NCBI RefSeq assembly: GCF_018977255.1
Contig: NW_024704752.1
Coordinates: 9,300,001 to 9,364,000 of the forward strand
Reading direction: 5' to 3'
Source of the DNA: Callorhinchus milii
Taxonomy: Eukaryota
DNA length: 64,000 nucleotides
Shown here: piece by piece, positions 1-29,100 of the stretch
Layout: each line of letters begins with the position of its first letter
How positions within the stretch are numbered: position 1 is the stretch's first letter
Made by a program: the position numbers and the translations under genes
The notes under the pieces: generated by a model
Database searches by the model: none
What the model was told of the DNA's origin: nothing
What the model saw: the letters and a program-made list of their open reading frames with translations, nothing else

Positions 1-148
1 AGCAGGGTGCATCCCTGAATTGAAAGAGTATGTATTCCATTCCAGATACATGGACATGTACATATGTGGAACTTAGACTGGTTTGGATACTCTTAAAATA
101 ATAATGGATATCAGCATGTGTCAGACACCTGGCTGACCACAAAAAAAA
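1..148 (+). repeat. Unclassified interspersed repeat (copy 1, cut by window edge)
   Basis: Shares GTGGAACT..TGGTTTGGATACTCTTAA..CATGTGTyAGACACC.GCTGACCA with 38390-38546. Confidence 0.7.
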
Positions 149-2155
149 GGTGGGGGGGGAGGGAAATGATTGAATATGAAGCAGATTTTCCTTGAGATGC
201 TTTACAGTGTTCCAACATACCGTCCAGCTGTCTCAACCTGTGAAATGCACCGTGTAACTGTTTATTCCTGCATAAAATGTAAAAGCAAACAGTTCTTGTT
301 CAACAAGTAGTTGAATAATTTTATTTAGAGTGGTATTGAATTCTCTGGGAGCTGCTAAGGTGAATTCTTTGGGAGCATTCCAAAGTGCAACCCTGGAATG
401 ATTGAAACAGCTTTCCCAAAAACCCAGCTGTTCCTCTCCCTTATCCACCCACCCCATGGGTCAGTTGGTAAAGTCACTGCTGATCAAGATCTTTGATTGT
501 TTGCGGAAGTTAGGAATCTATTGGACATGATTTCCTTGGAGAACGGTGAACATGTTAGGATGTAAGGAAAGCAGACTCTAGTCTTGTGCTTGCTGCTTCT
601 GAAATTCCCATAAATCACAGCAGCTTAGTTATCAGCTGTTGTACCCAGTGCTGTAATGAACTCCAGTGCTTCTCTTTTATCCTGTTTGGCTCAGAACTGC
701 TGCAGATCCTTGACTGGAACCTCCGCCCTTTCTCTGCCAGGAGCACAAACAAACAGGAAATCCAGGATTAAGTAACCTCTAAAATTATACGTGTAAATAT
801 CTGCGTTTGGCAGCGACGTCAGAAGGTGTGATCAACAGCTCAAGGTCCTGGTACTGATCTATTGGAAGTTCATAGTCTCTCTGTAACTAACACAGCCTTC
901 GCTTTTATCCTCAAAACTATGTGAGAATCTTGGGAAATTCTTTGGCTAAGAAGACATTTAAAGGAGCCACTAACTTGCTTTAAGCTGTCTGTAGTCTCGC
1001 TTAGTTTATCAGATCTTTTTAGTGAAGATTAGTTATACAAGTTGAATGTAAGGCGGGGATAAGGAATATAGTATATAGTTATTAGAAAACTAAGAACGCA
1101 CCATATTATTTTGTCGCATAGCACTGAGAACTGATATAGATTTCCAAAGCTCACTGTACCCAGGTACAGTGTAGATGGTTGTGACTGTTGGCAGGAGATA
1201 GGAAAGCATGTGCCTGGCACCTCCTTGTGTCTAAACCACAAACTCCAAGTTGAACCTTGGTGCAGCCAATATAAATTGGAAACCTGACCTAACCAGCATT
1301 TGGCAATCTCTGAGCCCAGGGTGACAGTAGTCAAAAGACTGTTTTTCTTGCAGTATATTTATGATTGTGCAGTTGTATGAAATTATTACTTTGGTGTTTC
1401 AGTTGCTATTATATTCTACATTGTGTTAAAGTACATGACAATTGCACTATTTCAGCACCTTCAATTATAAAGTAAGATGCTCTTCATAATAATATTTTTC
1501 TCTTTCATATATGCTGATGAAGGCGTGATTAATGCTTGAATGTTTCCATAAGTCTTTGCTGCTTCATGGTACCTCATCCAAGTCTTTTTAAGTGAGGCCA
1601 GACAGCGAGTGTCAACAAGCTATTAAATCACAGGGGGCAATCTCACAATTAGGCCTTAATCTGTCAATGCTGGAGACCAACATGTAGTTTCCTGCAGGAG
1701 CCACTGGATAACGACCAAGAATGAGCACAGTACCTCCTTCCCCCTTAAGAGTGTTGCGGCACTTTGTATCACCCCTACTGCCCTTGTTGAAATCAGTTAA
1801 TTAAACACCGACTGGGGATTGAATATGGAACCTTCCTGCTGAGCGCATAGTAATCCAATTACCAAATGCCATCTAGTACAAATGACTTGCTGAATGTTAT
1901 TTTTTCAAAAAAAATAAAATTTGGAGCAGCACTGACACATCTCGCTTAAAACAACTTCAAAAATGCCTAGTGTAAGAAATGGAAATACCACACTGGTTCG
2001 GTGAGGGTTATCTTTCTGAGATTTGAGTTAAGGGACATTATGGACACAGTGTGAAGGCAGCCATGTATTTGACTACTATATCTGACTGGGAATTGCTAAG
2101 TTGTGATAGTTGGTTCTCACCTCAGCATTGTCATCTACAGATTGAATTGGTTTGA

Positions 2156-17066
<14,911 letters not shown>

Positions 17067-17873
17067 CCACCTTCTCAGCAGGAGCAGAGCTTGTTATGAA
17101 CTGGATATTTTTCTCCCCTACCTTAATCTCTACTCAGTGTTTGGGACTTTGCTGGGGCTCTCTGCCTATTTTGTGTGGACAGAATTTCTGGAATATTTCC
17201 TTGAAGCAAAGATCGTATTAATGTAGCTCTTACCAGTATCTTGCCATACTACATCCAACTTATTAACTGTTACTGAAAGATTAGAGGTCATCTTCTGAAA
17301 TAACAGTATTCAAAAGCAACAGAGTAGTTATTTTATTGGTGAAAATATTTGTACTTTCGTGGCATGCTGTAACTCGCCAGCCTGCTGTTTTTTTATATAT
17401 ATATATAAATATATAATATATAATATAAATTTTATTTGAGGAATCTCAGCAGTAGATTTGCAGTTTACTTGTGTTTTATATTTTGCATTGGATTTGCTAT
17501 TTTGGGTGTTGTAATAATTTTTATTTAATTTTGTTTTTCCTCCTCCACAAGACTGTTTCCATTAAGTTTCTGGATTTGACGCTGAGGTAAAATTACTATA
17601 TTTTGCTCAGTCAAAAGCTACAGACTTCCAAAAATGTATTGGTGGCGGTTTGTTAAAAGAGATCAGTCATGCCAAATGTATCTGTTTTTCCTTCCCTTAC
17701 TCTACTGGGTTAGGATCTCCACTGTCTCTCCAGACACCCTTGCTGCTATCTGACCAGACGTGTAAATTATTTAAATGGGTTTAAGAGCAAACATGAACGT
17801 ATCCACAATTGGACCATGGTTTCCTTATTCACAGTTGTAAGATTCCAAACTTTCTAATTTAAGATCACATTTT

Positions 17874-18252
17874 GAGTCCTGGAGCTCCCCAGTGGAGTCC
17901 TGGAGCTCAGTGGTTAGGGCACTCGCCTGGCAAGCGCGAGACCTGGGTTGGATTCCTGGAAAGATGATACCTTGGGCAAGCTTCCTTACTCCACATGCAA
18001 GCTTCCTCACTTCCTTACCTAGCAGTAAGCAGGCACCCAGTTCCTAGACAATTGGCTTTTCCAGGGGTAATGATTGCTTAAAAAAAAATTGGTCACTTCA
18101 ATCCAAGACTGTTTGTGGGACGCTGCTGTGTGCAGTTGGCTGCCGCGTTTCGCCCACAAAATATACAGTCAATTTTCAGTATATTCTGTGAAGCGCTTTG
18201 AGACGTCTCAAATACGTAATAAGGCGCTATATCAAATGCAAGGATTATTATT
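17874..18252 (+). mobile_element. Full-length tRNA-derived SINE within the putative TNK2 3'UTR
   Basis: tRNA-like head with A/B-box-like motifs, body, L2-like tail ending (TTA)n; first ~14 nt of head duplicated. Confidence 0.9.
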
Positions 18253-18304
18253 TTATGTATTGGATGCTTATCCCCTTGTCTTTGTTGTAGTGAATTTTAA
18301 TCGT

Positions 18305-18321
18305 TCTCCACTAGGTGGCGT
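18305..18321 (+). promoter_or_regulatory. Candidate CTCF motif
   Basis: TCTCCACTAGGTGGCGT matches the CTCF core; motif match only. Confidence 0.4.
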
Positions 18322-18639
18322 GCACGTCTTTCCTAATTGTACATCAATCAGTGACGATGCAGGTATTGGGCTTTTTGGTGTTGACTGAGCAGGGAGATCT
18401 GTGGCTTTGATTAACGTGCTGGTTAACGTGTTGTGAATCAGCAAAGAACCTACGGGAAGAAAAGCCTAACAAGGTGAAGGTGTCAGCAGTGCAGTCGATT
18501 ATTAATGTACCGGCTCTCCACTTCTAGCATCAGTTTCAATAATAATAACTTGCATTTAAATGGATGCAGCTGCTATCATATAAAAACAAACATCTCAAAG
18601 CACTTCGTAAAATATAATATTGTAGGTTGGGAGTTTAAG

Positions 18640-18975
18640 ATTCACGTCAGGATTTTGAGTTCGTAATTAGACTGATACTCCAATGGAGTGCTGGGGAAGC
18701 GCTTCCTGTCAGAGCTGTCGTCCTTGGGATGAGATGTTAAAACAAAGTCCCATCTACTGATTGGGTGCTGGTAAATATTTGTGGCCCAAATCGAAAAGAG
18801 AAGAGCCAAAAATAATGCTGGTAAAATTGGTCAATCACTTCATGGCTGTTTGTAGGACACAGCTGTGCTTAATTTGGCTGTCGCATTCATCTGCAAATAT
18901 AGTGGCTACATTTTACAGAAACTTTATTGAAATACTTCTAGATATTTCAGTGTTAGAGGTGCTATATGAAATGCC
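18640..18975 (+). mobile_element. Degenerate Deu-domain SINE
   Basis: gtcagagctgtcgtccttgggatgagatgttaaa...catggctgtttgtaggac...tttggctgtcgcatt. Confidence 0.6.
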
Positions 18976-20709
18976 AGTATTATAATTAGACATAAAGTGA
19001 ATGCGATCCCTGTGTGGTCCAAAGCAGCCAATACAATGAGATATAGTGCTGCTATATACTAGTCCCGTTTGGTTAGTGTAATGTACTGATCCTATGTGGC
19101 TAGCATTGCATGTCATTTTGGTGTGGCTCGCATTCAATACTGATCTTATGTGGTTAATGTTGAACATAAATTCATGGCGGCTTACTTTTGTATGATTCCC
19201 ACACCTTGCATGTCCTGCGAAACTGAATCCTGTGTGTATATGTGTGTGTGTGCGCGAGAGAGATGTTTATTTTTCATTTTGCTTCAAAGAAGCTGGGGGT
19301 TTGTTTGGTTGTTACCTTTGCATTTGTTGTATTTGCTTGGATTTCAACATTGTCGAAACACTACATTTTGGAAAAAATGATAGTGTTATCTCAGGGCTGG
19401 TTGGATCCTTGCAGAAAGAAACCCAAATAGATGTTTCTCGTGTAGACTGAGAAAATCCCCTGTGTAATATAACGCTCGTCTAACGTTTTGATCTAAATTT
19501 ATTGGAAGTGTTTTGTACATTCGATATGTGCATTTCTATTAGTGATCGCCTTGTTCTGAATAGCTTCTCTACAGAATTAATGCCTGTCATTAACATGAGG
19601 GCATTAGTATGTTGCTGCTAGGCTTTCTCCATTTCCCTTACTCCTTGTTTAGCTATCTACATATTCCGAGAGGACATTTCTGGGTAAGAAGAGTGCAATC
19701 GGTCAATCGCAGGCTCTCTAGTGATTTACCAATCCTAGTAAACCTGCATAGATACCTATAACACTGACAATGGCATATGGGCTATTACTGGTAAATTTAT
19801 TTCCACCACCCTCCAAATCCCTTCATCTTACTGCAGATGCTTATTTGTTTTCCCTCCAGCACCACCTGAGAGGCTGATAATCATAGGTGAGCACAAACCA
19901 TGAAGGTTGACAGACAAAATAATCATTGGGTGTCATCACAGCTACGCTTGAGCTTGATAGGTTCACACGACCAATTTCAAACAGAAATTACAACCTAGGA
20001 GTCAGAAGCAGGACATGGATCAGAAACTCCTGCTGATTTTTGATGCTCCCTCATGCAGATTACAGAGGAAGCTGCAGCTGAAATGAGATTGAACCTGAGA
20101 CCTTCTTGGTCTATGTGGCTCAGTCAGTACCCACCACATATTACATTTACCAACTGAGGCCATGAGTAGAACTTTCTCGTTACTACTATTCCATTGCAGC
20201 TTTCCTTCTGGAATTCCAAGTATAAACATTGGCTCAGAACTGGTGATAACATCCTAAAAGGGAAAGTATCACAGTACAAGGTTGAATGAAATACTCCCTC
20301 CCTTCCCCAAATTACATTGATACAGATGTGTCTCGATCGCTTATAATACACAATATAATTGTATTATCTCAAAGACTGATCTGGAAAAGGAATGGTGGCA
20401 GTTTTCATCAGAATTTAAGATTAATTCTGTCTTTGGAAGAGTAACTCCTTTTCTCTCTGTACATTGCACAGGTATAATGAGCTCACCAGATACAATTACA
20501 GTAAGGATTACAAGTGTGTTGCTCAGGGTGTATATTGAGACTTACTGTAAAATGCATTGTGAGGAGAGTAAGGGAGTGATCTTAATACATAATGACTCTG
20601 CAAGGAAAAAGACACCATTCCCTGTGCATCAGTATGAGGGCAGCTCACACTTGTATTATACAGAAACATGAACTGCATGTGTAAAGCATTGTATAAATTG
20701 TCTTTTATT

Positions 20710-20715
20710 AATAAA
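20710..20715 (+). promoter_or_regulatory. Candidate TNK2 polyadenylation signal
   Basis: AATAAA with upstream TGTA elements and downstream T-rich sequence; would imply a ~3.7 kb 3'UTR (inference). Confidence 0.4.
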
Positions 20716-21012
20716 AAACATGTTTATTTCTGAAACAAAACTACTTAGCTGTTCATTGTTAATTGTTGGATATTTCACTAATTTCTGGCCTAGTGTAGAT
20801 CTGTTTATTTCCATGTCTTGTTTGCACTTGTTTGCCATCTGCACCAGAGCAGTAACTGATCAATTGTATCTCCCTATTGCCTTGAAGAGAGATACCCCTG
20901 AACTTGCCCTTGTTCTTTATTCTCTTCAGTGTTTGCTATATTACTACCCAATGATCTGTGGGATAGATTTTAATATTTATATATTATATATTATTATATA
21001 TATTTATATATT

Positions 21013-21133
21013 ATTTGCCGCGTTCGCCCACAAATATACAGTCAGTTCACTTTACAGTGTGTTCTGTGAAGCGCTTTGGGATGTCCTCCCGACGTGAAAA
21101 GCGCTATATCAAATGCAAGGATTATTATTATTA
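21013..21133 (+). mobile_element. SINE 3' tail fragment
   Basis: gccgcgttcgcccacaaatatacagtc...aaaagcgctatatcaaatgcaaggattattattatt. Confidence 0.85.
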
Positions 21134-22458
21134 TTTTAAGAATTTTGGAATAAGAAAGTGTTTGATAATACAGCCCCATTAGACAACCTTTTCGTATTGG
21201 ATATCCACCTGGACCAGAGATGTACCAAGTTGCATGACTCAATGATTTACGTGATCATATTATAAATGCAGTCACTCTTTTCAATCAAGATCAATTTGTT
21301 GATGTGTCACAAGCTTAATATGGTGAGACTGCTTTGCTATCGTGGTTGCCTAGCCCAGCTTGAATCAACAGAACCATTTGGGGAACATTGAGTAATTACT
21401 TGTTTCATAATCGAAAAGTCAAAATTGCAATGAGCTATTTGACATTTTAACTGGCCACTTCAACATTCTGCTATTGTTTTAATATTTAAGCTGAGTGCTT
21501 CCCAGGCACATCTTTGTGGTTCGAATGTCAAGAATCAGTAAGTGTAAACAATTTTTTTAATAGTCGCTGTCATAAAATCTGAGATCTGATCAGTTGGTAC
21601 TTCTTATTTCTGTACTACAGTAGAGCTACCATTTTGTTCGAAAGGGTCAATCAAAACAAGATTATAGAATTGGACACCTGAGTTACCAGGGGTATTTAGT
21701 CCAGAAAAATGTTTAAGGGGGTCATCTTCTTGATTTTTTTTGGGTCCTAAAGGACACAAATAAAGTGGACTCCAATAACATATTTGATATAATCAAGACG
21801 TCAGCTTGTGATGTCAGACATCACAGTTGCATTCTCACCTCTGAACTTGAAGGTTGTGGCTTCAAGCCCCATATCTAGGAAACTGCATTTTCTGTGGTAC
21901 AGTCCTTTTGATATGAGATGTTCAGGTGGTAGTTTGCAATGTTACTATTCAAAAAGAGAAAATATAGTTTCTCCTCTTTTGGCTGTTAGTAGGAATTTCC
22001 TGCGACAAACCACTCTTGTCTCTCGGTCAAATAGTTGTAGGCTGAGTGCATCTGACTGATTGTTTGATTCGGCCCCGAGTGATTACTGATGAGCTTATTT
22101 GCATATTGCTGCGCTGGTGGAATTAGAATGTGGTACTGTAAATTTCATGCTGAACACGTGTGGCTGTGATGGCCATAGATGGGTTTTTCACTTTGCTGAC
22201 GTTTTCCTTGTGCTATTAACTATTTAAAGTGTCAAAATACTGTGAAATTCACATCAGCCAAGAGGTCTTCGGATTTAAAACCATGGTTTACACATTTTGT
22301 GTCATTTTTTCCATGCATGGAAGTTCGTCAATCTAAATTTGTTCGCCTACAAAATACACAGCGACTGCACTCATTCTGTGAAGCCTTTTGAAATGCTGTA
22401 TACCAAATGAAAGGATTAATTTTATTATTGGTTAATAATTTAGTAGATACAAATATAA

Positions 22459-22476
22459 TTTATTGATTCCTTTATT
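22459..22476 (-). promoter_or_regulatory. Candidate MUC4-like polyadenylation signals
   Basis: Two TTTATT (AATAAA on - strand) at 22459-22464 and 22471-22476, ~600 nt past the stop codon. Confidence 0.45.
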
Positions 22477-23071
22477 TAAATGCTTCTGTTAAAGTATAGA
22501 ATTTTTAAAAAATAAACTGCTTTGAAACACAATATAATTACCTCCTCTATAACTTTCATCAAAACAAAGTCCTGTTCTTCTTACCCAACCAAAACCGCCA
22601 ACTGCATTTGTTGCAAGCTTAAAATTCAGACACCGATACAAGAACGTAACTACATATCCATACAGCTAATGTAAACATCAGAAAATTGATATTAAGTAGA
22701 TTTCTTTAAATCTTATTTCATGGTTATTGTAAACATTTTTGTTAATGTATATTCATGAATTGTTACAATTATATAATCTGATAACATATTGATGACAAGT
22801 GTGCTTCATAGTAAATTGGCTGTAATTGCAAGAGCAGATGCCTGTTTTTTAATTCGCAGGACACCTTTAAGGAATTTGTTAATTCTCATTCTTTCTAACA
22901 AGTATTATGAATTGATTTGAATATAATGTGATTAAATTATAGGCTAAGCAATTGAAGACAATTACAATGAGCTTTGATGTCTGCAATTTTTACTTCTATT
23001 AACTCTTAAGTCTGTTCCGTTTCAGCATATTTCAATCCAGGAGAAACATTAAATCCTGTTGTGTTATGGAT

Positions 23072-23125
23072 TTATTGTCCTGAGTCAGCATCATTCTTGT
23101 TGAGTGATGGCCTTTGAATGGATAT
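23072..23125 (-). CDS. MUC4: MUC4-like last coding exon (cytoplasmic tail end)
   Basis: cttctcttctag|ATA TCC ATT CAA AGG CCA...CAA TAA; [17 protein letters not shown]. Confidence 0.8.
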   Translation of the reverse strand: MSIQRPSLNKNDADSGQ

Positions 23126-26100
23126 CTAGAAGAGAAGGATGTAGCATCAGGTATGGCAGACACCGTATTTAAGAAATGAAATGTCTATCAGCAGGTGGTT
23201 GGATAGGAGAAGGAAGATGCAGCATCAAGCCTAAAGTTTTCTATGCTTTTGATGTAAACATAATTTAATTAATAAAACATAAAGCTGGATTGATTAAATG
23301 TTCCATAAGTACCATATCATTTGATGCACAAATAGGATATTGTGTGGCTAAGGCATCAAACAGCCAGCAACAATAAAACTTACAATTTAATTAAGTAATA
23401 AACTGGGTACGGCCATCATTTATACACAGAAATGAAACTAACATAGATAGCATTTATAGACAGGGGCATAATTACCTCCTCTCTGTGCGTTTAAGCAGAA
23501 ATACTACACTTGATGGAATTTCTTTCCCCAAGTTAGTCTCTTATGGTGAACATTCTGTTTGGAAGCTGCTGCCTAAATAAATCCAGTTGGTGGCATTATG
23601 GCTTACTCACCAACCCACTACCAGTTGCCTCTGCTTGACTGTCTCCAGCCTCCTGCTTGTCCCTTATGCCCTCTGTTCCATCATCGGTTTCAGCCATTAC
23701 AATCCCTTTGCCTTGCAGGCCTCCCCCATCTTCAGTTTGTGCCTGAAGAACTTCCTCTTTGACCGTATTTACGGTCACCTCCCCCTGGCTTGGAGTTGTG
23801 CTCCACCACCGTCAAGCTCTCTGGGTCGCTATTGTGTGTGAGGAGGACTTTATAAATGCAAGTTGTTGTTGTAGAAGATAATCACAAGCTGATGGGGACT
23901 TCATTTTGAGATAGTTACATAAATGCTTTATAGATTTTTTTTCCTTAATTCTCTTCCTAATCATAATATACTGAAGCACATTGTTGCCAAGCTACACAAC
24001 TCCCAAAGGTTCTTGAAACCATACTGAATATTTCTCGTTAAAAACTATACACAATACAGTACTAAAAAAGAAGATTGTTTTATACCTTTGCTAGGTTGAC
24101 ACTGCTGAGATGTGGCTTCCAACTCACTGAAGACAAATTCTTAGGGTTTGCAGAAGGCAAAATAGAAGTTGATTCCATTTTGGAAGTCACTGAAACAAAC
24201 AGTAAGTAAATTACCACCGATACAAGAGATAGCTAATACATTAGATATGCTTTTAACACAGAGGTGAAAATTAGAGCTCAGGTACAAATACAGTTACTTT
24301 GCACCATTGTTTTAAAACTGACAAATACATCAATTAATAATTTTTTAAGTGTCCGCACTTTATACACGAGCTACATTGCATTAAAAAGTGTATAAATGTT
24401 CAAGAAATTCAAGTCATTACAACGTTGATGAATCATAGGTTAACATATTGTGATGCCCATTCAATCTGGAGACTTGGAACTATAACCACAAACATTTGGC
24501 AACCAAAAGCTCTTCCCTCCAATATATTGATTAATCCAAACATTTATAATTCTTTGAATAAAGAATTTTCTTTTATGTTCCAAATCTACTACGGACTAAT
24601 TTCTATTTGTACCCTCTGGTCTGAAGAATATTGGCTGTACTTACGGTGCCATGCGTTCTTTTGCCAAGAGAATGTTGTATTCCCTGCGCTCCCAGTACTG
24701 TTAGAAAAAAAATAAACAAGACAACAAGAAGATTACATTTGTACAGCAAAGCTCATCAGAGAGTTTCTTGCAACTATTACAAAGCGTAAAACTTAGTTAG
24801 TCCCTTTTTGCTTTCTTCAGAGTATTCTACTGCTTTTTGGAGTTGCCCATCTCCTTAACTGATATCTGCCAGCGACTTAGGAAATCCTGACTTGAAAGGC
24901 GCTATACAAATGTAATTTGTTGTTGCTTCTGTTGAAATTTGTGAGCCACATGATTACATTCGGAATTTGACCGAGGGCTAATTTGAAGAATGTTTAACAC
25001 ATTTGCCATTTCCTACTTCTCTTTAGTATTGCTTTCACAATTAATTCTTAATGGACAAATTTGGATGCCATCTACTTTTAATGTAGCTAAAACATTCCTC
25101 GAGTTTCTTTTATCCTTTCGATTCATTGTAAAGTTGAAATTTTTGGTGATTTACTTCTCTCCTAATCAACAACTTTCACTTTTCCACACAATATGAGAAT
25201 TTGGAGCAGTTTCAGTAATAATTTAGACAGACTGGCTGTGAACCCAGTTCATGGTGTAATATTCTGGATTGCGCATTTAGGCAAGTAGTTACATGCTAAT
25301 TTTTTATATGTATTGTAATTTTGCATGAATCTTAAAATATGAAATTAGGAATAATCTGTATATTCTTTGCATTAGTATGTGATGTAGCATACCTGCTTGT
25401 GTCATTGATGAGTTGCTGCCGTTTAGATGTTTTGCATTTCCATACGATAAGAAATATTGCTAATAATAGCAGGAGCAGGAAGGCAAGAGCTCCAAAGAGA
25501 ATACCAAAAAATGCTCTGAGATTCATGGATAAGTGCTCGCAGCGATCACCAAAAGTGGAATATATGGTTCGTGGAATACAACTGCAAATGAATACAGATA
25601 GCATTTAGGACTTTCACATAATTGTATCTTGTAAGTTATTCTGTGTTTCATTCTACACTAGAGAATTATAAAATGTTTAACAATCCAGAAAGAGCTGAAT
25701 CCACAATTTATTAAGGTTGACAATAAGACTGTTGATTCACTAAAATATTCAAATGAATGTGTTTCGTACATGCACTGTGGCCCTGTGGGCAGATGTTGGC
25801 ACTTTGCTTCATTCAGACAATGGTCCATGTCGCAGGGAGATCTACAAACCACTCCGTCTTGTTCATCCCACTGAACCACATAGCCAGCAAATACAGTGTT
25901 GTTGCAGCTGAAGTGACTCAACAATTCATACTGCAATACTGCAAGAAAAAAGATGGAAGGTGCATTGTAATCAAACTATCACAAGGTTAGAGTGTACAGG
26001 TGATTTTCTAATATTGGGTTCAAACCTTACCCTTTTTTACATCCTGAATATCATCTCTGTTTACAGTTTCAAAATCAACAGTCTCATCCTGCAATGAGCG

Positions 26101-29100
26101 CCGTGACCGTTGTTTATTAAAGGCTTTTATAATCTCGTTGATTAATTCATCATTCAGGAAATCGATGATTGTCTTGTTTCCGTTATAATTAAATGATGAT
26201 GCCACAGCAGTAGCTATTCTCCCACTCAATGCCCTGTTAATGCAAAGTAAAACGTTAGTTATGTTAGCTCTTTATATGAATAATTTATTACACGCAGGTC
26301 AAAATTATTTCAATTCCCGAGTCATATAAATGCAAGTTGTATAGCAGCGAACAAGAAAGGTATCTGTGGTATTATTTCAGCTATGAGAAAAGGTTGAGAA
26401 CATTTAATACATAAGTTTTTAAGATATGAAAGGTTTTTGCAAAGTTTGAGGTAAATGGTTCACTGCAGCAAAAGTTTCAATATCAAGTATTTGTTACAAA
26501 TTAGGAAGATTGAAGTGAAAAGGAAGTTATTATCAGACTTATGGTATGTTATCAGCAAAGGTCACTGAAACGCACTGAAACCTGGTTTCAGGAGACAATT
26601 AGATACATTTCTGCATACAATGTGCTATGGGATACGGTGATAAAACAGGTGGGAGTTGAGAATCAAAAGGGATGAACTTGTTAACCCTAATGGCCTTTTC
26701 TTTAAAGTTCTTATATCGCTTGAACACCATTTGTGCGGATTATTTTCCCCCCCGACCTGTTGGCTTAATTTAAACACTTAGGAAATTATTCTAAAAATCT
26801 TGTTTAGTTGATCTATTGTATGGGTTTAAAATAAACAACACTTTTAACAATTAAATCCTAAAATGTACCAACCAGAATACGGGCTCCATGTTGCTATCAA
26901 ACCTTGGTATGTTGGACATAATTTTAAGGACCTAAGAAATAAAGAAAATAAAAATTATTTCTCCAATGGAAATACCTAAAGCACAATGACTGTCCTGCAG
27001 AAGTTATAGTTGATTGTGTCTGTTCATCTGACACATCTAAATCCTGGTGAGGTGCTGAAACCCATTATATAGGACACAAAGGATGTTAACCTTGAAGGGT
27101 GAAGAATTGACTGAGCGCATCAGAACCTTCTTGTGCTGAAAAACCTGAGATTTCACAATACTGAAAAATGCTGTGACCTCCCTCATTTTCGTTGTTTTCT
27201 ACAGCCAACAGGTATTGTGTCACCCAAACCACAACCTTTTGATTTATTGTGTCTTATTTCTTACTTTTTTGACCTTGCAACAATTATAATGCCAGTACTG
27301 GCATTGTATTTACACTTAACTGGAAATTGTGGCTCACCAGACTGGATCCCCCCACCCCCACATAGTCTGGCTAACTCAGGTTTGGTGCAGTACTTGACGG
27401 GCAGACAGGAGCTGCTTGCATTTCTCATGCTTCAAGCCTGTCCAATGAAGAGAGAGGCGTTTGAATTGAGGCTAAAACTCAAAACTCTCAGTCCATAGGG
27501 TTGGGATTAAAACACTGTTTTTAGAAACTTGTCACAATTCAGTCCCCAATGTAAAATTCACATTAGTTAGGGCAGTAACATTTAATATGACTTACGCAAA
27601 GTCCGAATTGCAGGCAAACTGTGGAATTCGATTAAAATCAGATTTAATCAATAATCTACACTGCATGGGTAATTCAATGCAACTAGTAAGTCGCATGAGG
27701 TGATACGTTCACCAGTTCCCGCAATTCAATGCGTCTTGAACCTTCGCCGCATTCACACTTACCGGCAAGCATTGGAATCGCATTGAATCGTGAGAAATGG
27801 AAGTTTTTCTACCCATGCGTTGACGGATCAAAACTACATTTCCCGCGATTCAATGCAGCCAGCCAGTAAGTGCGCATGCAACAATGGGGCAGGATGTAAT
27901 TTCCTGCAATTCAATACAGTCAGTAAGTGTGGGGTTGGGGTGTTATGAGTTAGGAAGTGATTATACGAGTAGTGCAAAGAAATCTTAAGCAGTTTTGATA
28001 GGAAACTGAATTGGAATCGGGTGAATGTACGACTTAACGATTATGATTTATAAAAAGTTTTGTTTGAGTTTTACTGTATTAGAGAACAGTACATGTAAAT
28101 TGGCTTCAGTCATTGCATGTGGATGTGTGAATCATGGAAATACATGTTAAAGAAACAGCAGCAATTGGCTCTGTACCTTTTCTCTGGTGAGTTTGTTCAT
28201 CAAGTCTGCGCTACTTTGGTTACTTAGAATGCTTGAATTGAAGTTGATCAGTCTTAATGTTATATTCACACGTCTCTGTGGAATCGCTGAGAATAAAATG
28301 TAATAGGATCAGTACAGGACCATTTGAGTCGATCAGTTGTTGTAGATCTGAAATCCACTTTTTCATCATATCTCTCAATCCCCTTCTTAAATGTATTTCA
28401 ACTGCCACCATTCTCCATTTATTACTTGCCAATATTAATATTTTGTCCCCATAACTATAATTTCTTCTGCCAATGTATTTGTTGACCAAATTGTTTAGAT
28501 TTTTGTTACAATCTACAGGCTTTTAAAGTCTCAGCTTGGTTTTGAAGAAACTGCTGAGTTATCTGGTTATTCTTCTCTAGTGAATCTCGTTGGTTTGCAG
28601 GCTAGAATCTGATGATTAACCTGGGTTCCAAATTCAAAAACAAACCTGTTTTTAAAGAAATCAGAAGCTGTGGAAACTTACTCGACAGAGGTTCTGCCAT
28701 GAACTGCGAGGTTGGAAGGCTGCAACGATCTCCTTGGTACTGAGGTGGACATTCACAGGAAGGTGAGCAGGCATTGGTAGGCTCAGGAATACAGGTTACT
28801 CCATTGTCGCAGTAGGAGGCCGGACATGGAGAAGAATCACAGAGTATTGCAGCACACGTTGTACCATTTCCTGAAGCGGTAATTGAAAGTATTAGGTGTT
28901 AAAGTACCAAAGTTCTGACTTCTACAAATTCTGATGCATCTTTTAATCTAATTGAGACTTATTTCAATGTCGCTTAAATTTAAATTGTTAGATTACATTT
29001 ATATTCCAAATTATTTATGCCTATGTATTTGAATGTTTTCCAATTGTCTGAGGAAACATTCAAATACATAAGTCTGGTATTTGAATGACATATCTGTGTT

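Noticed and set aside
22097-22104. Octamer ATTTGCAT (also near 5505 and 55640)
   Set aside because: Isolated 8-mers are expected by chance in AT-rich DNA; no supporting promoter context.
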